A stretch of DNA of 63,781 bases, the filler included, from Octopus bimaculoides (taxonomy: Eukaryota), in NCBI RefSeq assembly GCF_001194135.2. It is 5 parts of 5 records of this genome, joined end to end, with 100 filler letters (N's around TTAATTAATTAA, not from the genome) between each part and the next. Parts side by side here need not be neighbours in the genome. Positions count along the whole stretch, not along the records: positions 61,719 to 63,781 come from NC_068988.1; 4 more parts are not named here. One strand, written 5' to 3'. Both the position numbers and the translations under genes were made by a program. Positions 61,719 to 63,781 of this stretch are shown here, one piece after another. Numbering within the stretch: the stretch's first letter is position 1; each line of letters starts with the position of its first letter. The notes below the pieces were generated by a model. It was not told the DNA's origin and did no database searches. It saw only the letters and a list, made by a program, of their open reading frames with translations.

Positions 61719-62535
61719 GTCTATGAATGGAATTTCGTGCACATATATGTATATCAGTATGTATGTATATATATGAATGAATGTAAATATATATATTTAT
61801 GTATTTCAATGAGCAATATCGTATGATCTACATTACGATGTGATGTGTCTGTGATCAGAGACGTTTACTTTCAAATGACCCATCCCACGTACCTCTGCTA
61901 AAGAACCGTATGGTGGGTGCACTTCGCCAATTTAAGCACCGTGTAAAGAGTTAAATGGCTCGTTAGCTGGCAGTGCTGAGCGCAATCTCCGCCGTCACTA
62001 CCACAACCACCACCACTAGATGACTACTCTACTACCACCCCTACCAGCACCCCCACCACCATCACCATCACCACACCGCCTCCATGTATCCGTAGAACCA
62101 CTTCAGGGTATCTTCTGATTGACAACGTGAAAATCAATTCACATATCCGTCCGTAGTGGTGGTGGTGGTGGTAAAGAGGAGGAGGTGGGGAAGAGATAGA
62201 CGACAACGAAGACGACGATAACAGGGACGTCGAGGAAGATAGTGACGATAATAAAGATAATAATGATGATGAAGAGAAGAGGGAAGGGAGGGAAGAGGAG
62301 GGAGGCAACGACGGTGATGACAATGGTGGTGATAGTGCTGGTGTTGTTTGAGATGGTGACGAAGTTTTCAGCTGTTTTCCCATTGTATTTCGCTAATAGA
62401 CCGACCAATCAATAGCTCTAAAAGTCTACGACTGCCATATGTGTCTGGAATTTAACATCGTGCATCAATAACACTCTTGGAATTTGCATGAGCACCACCA
62501 ATTTCAACTCCATTGTTTACAGTGTATAGAATGAT

Positions 62536-62568
<33 letters not shown>

Positions 62569-63480
62569 CACACACACACGCAAACAAACAAATAAACACG
62601 CACGCACACAAATAAGCGTACATACAGAGCGTCTATAAATTGTCATTACAACTTCCACACATTTAATCTCAATATTGTAAAGGGACTTTATGGACATCCT
62701 GTATTTATAAACAAATTAATAACTCTAACGACCAAAAACATACTGCGTACAAATATTCACTTGTTTGCAAATCCTCTCCGAGTTAAAAAGATGTACACCA
62801 TGAATTCGTTAGGAATCATTCTATTCGATTCTTAACTTTTCTGTGATTTTTCCCTTTGTATAAAATCAATGAATTCCCGTCTTTATTTTACGGCTGTAAG
62901 TTCTTGTTTTGTTTTCTTTTCCTGTATAATTAAGACAGTGAAGACTCAGTCTGAAGTTGCATTTAAGCTACCAGTGAATTTTCGATCATTCACAAGAATG
63001 GGTGTTGGCATTTTTAGTCGGTGGCCATTTGACATAGATCGCAGTCTATTTGACATAATGCGCATCAACCGAGCGTCATGATCACATAACGTAACTACAA
63101 AATGAGTTATTTTGCGTTCCTGTATTTATTTAGTTGCTTATTTTAATGGTAGAGGCTGAATAGAATTGTCCCTTATTTAGTCACAACGCCTTAAATTTGG
63201 GGAAAGGGATTAGTCGAATTTATCCACCGCAGTGCTCAACTGGTACATATTTTATCGACTCCGAAGGTATGAAAGGCACAATTGGCCTCGGCTGTATTTG
63301 AACTCAGACCATAAAGCCGGAAGAAATGCTGCTATGCATTTTGTCCAGCAGGCTAATAATTCTGCCAACTCGTCTCCTCAAGTGAAATTATTTATTCCTT
63401 TCTTATTTTGGCACAAGCCCTGCGATTCTGAGGAGTGGGGAAGTCGATGACATCGAACCAGTACATAACTGGTACATATT

Positions 63481-63700
63481 TTCTTTTCTTTTCTACTCTA
63501 GGCACAAGGCTCAAAATTTTTGGGAAGCGGGGCAGTCAATTAGATCGACCCCAGTACGCAACTGGTACTTAATTTATCGACCCCCGAAAGGATGAAATGC
63601 AAAGTCGACCTTGGCGGAATTTGAACTCAGACCGTTAAGACAGACGAAATGCCGTTAAGCATTTCGCCCGGCGTGCTAACGATTCAGCAAGTTTGCCGCC
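63481..63700 (-). mobile_element. SINE family E, well preserved
   Basis: Reverse complement of 33788-33999 (CpG-rich, probably young). An older copy lies at about 63130-63400. Confidence 0.8.
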
Positions 63701-63781
63701 TCTCGGCTGAATAATAATACTAACAGTAACTTCCGATAATACGATTTCAAAGTTTTGTGACAAGAGCAGGTTGGGGCGGGG

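Overview
Eukaryotic, AT-rich, microsatellite- and gap-rich genomic DNA. The repeat families look like those of an octopus/coleoid cephalopod assembly (inference from recalled repeat families, not checked). One host gene is well supported: a SEC16-like ER-exit-site scaffold on the + strand. It has a housekeeping-type promoter near 5.0 kb, a ~16.7 kb first intron, a 3.1 kb first coding exon (22088-25206) and a candidate 18-nt microexon (28227-28244); no further SEC16 exons were recognised. The rest is transposon-derived: several tRNA-headed SINE families, many RTE LINE 3' ends, a HERO/R2-like remnant, and Tc1, mariner, Tigger/pogo and hAT remnants. A nested cluster at 36-52 kb could be reconstructed from target-site duplications: a full-length Tx1-like LINE sits inside one arm of an inverted-repeat Penelope element, a hAT sits inside a mariner, and a telomere-repeat foldback sits inside a MITE. 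The most interesting signals are hammerhead-ribozyme motifs: one downstream of a tRNA-type Pol III promoter in a small non-coding element (32.0-32.3 kb, - strand), and two degenerate copies in the Penelope terminal repeats. Four N44-TTAATTAATTAA-N44 blocks are assembly linkers, not biology. All protein calls come from motif recognition by eye; no searches were run.
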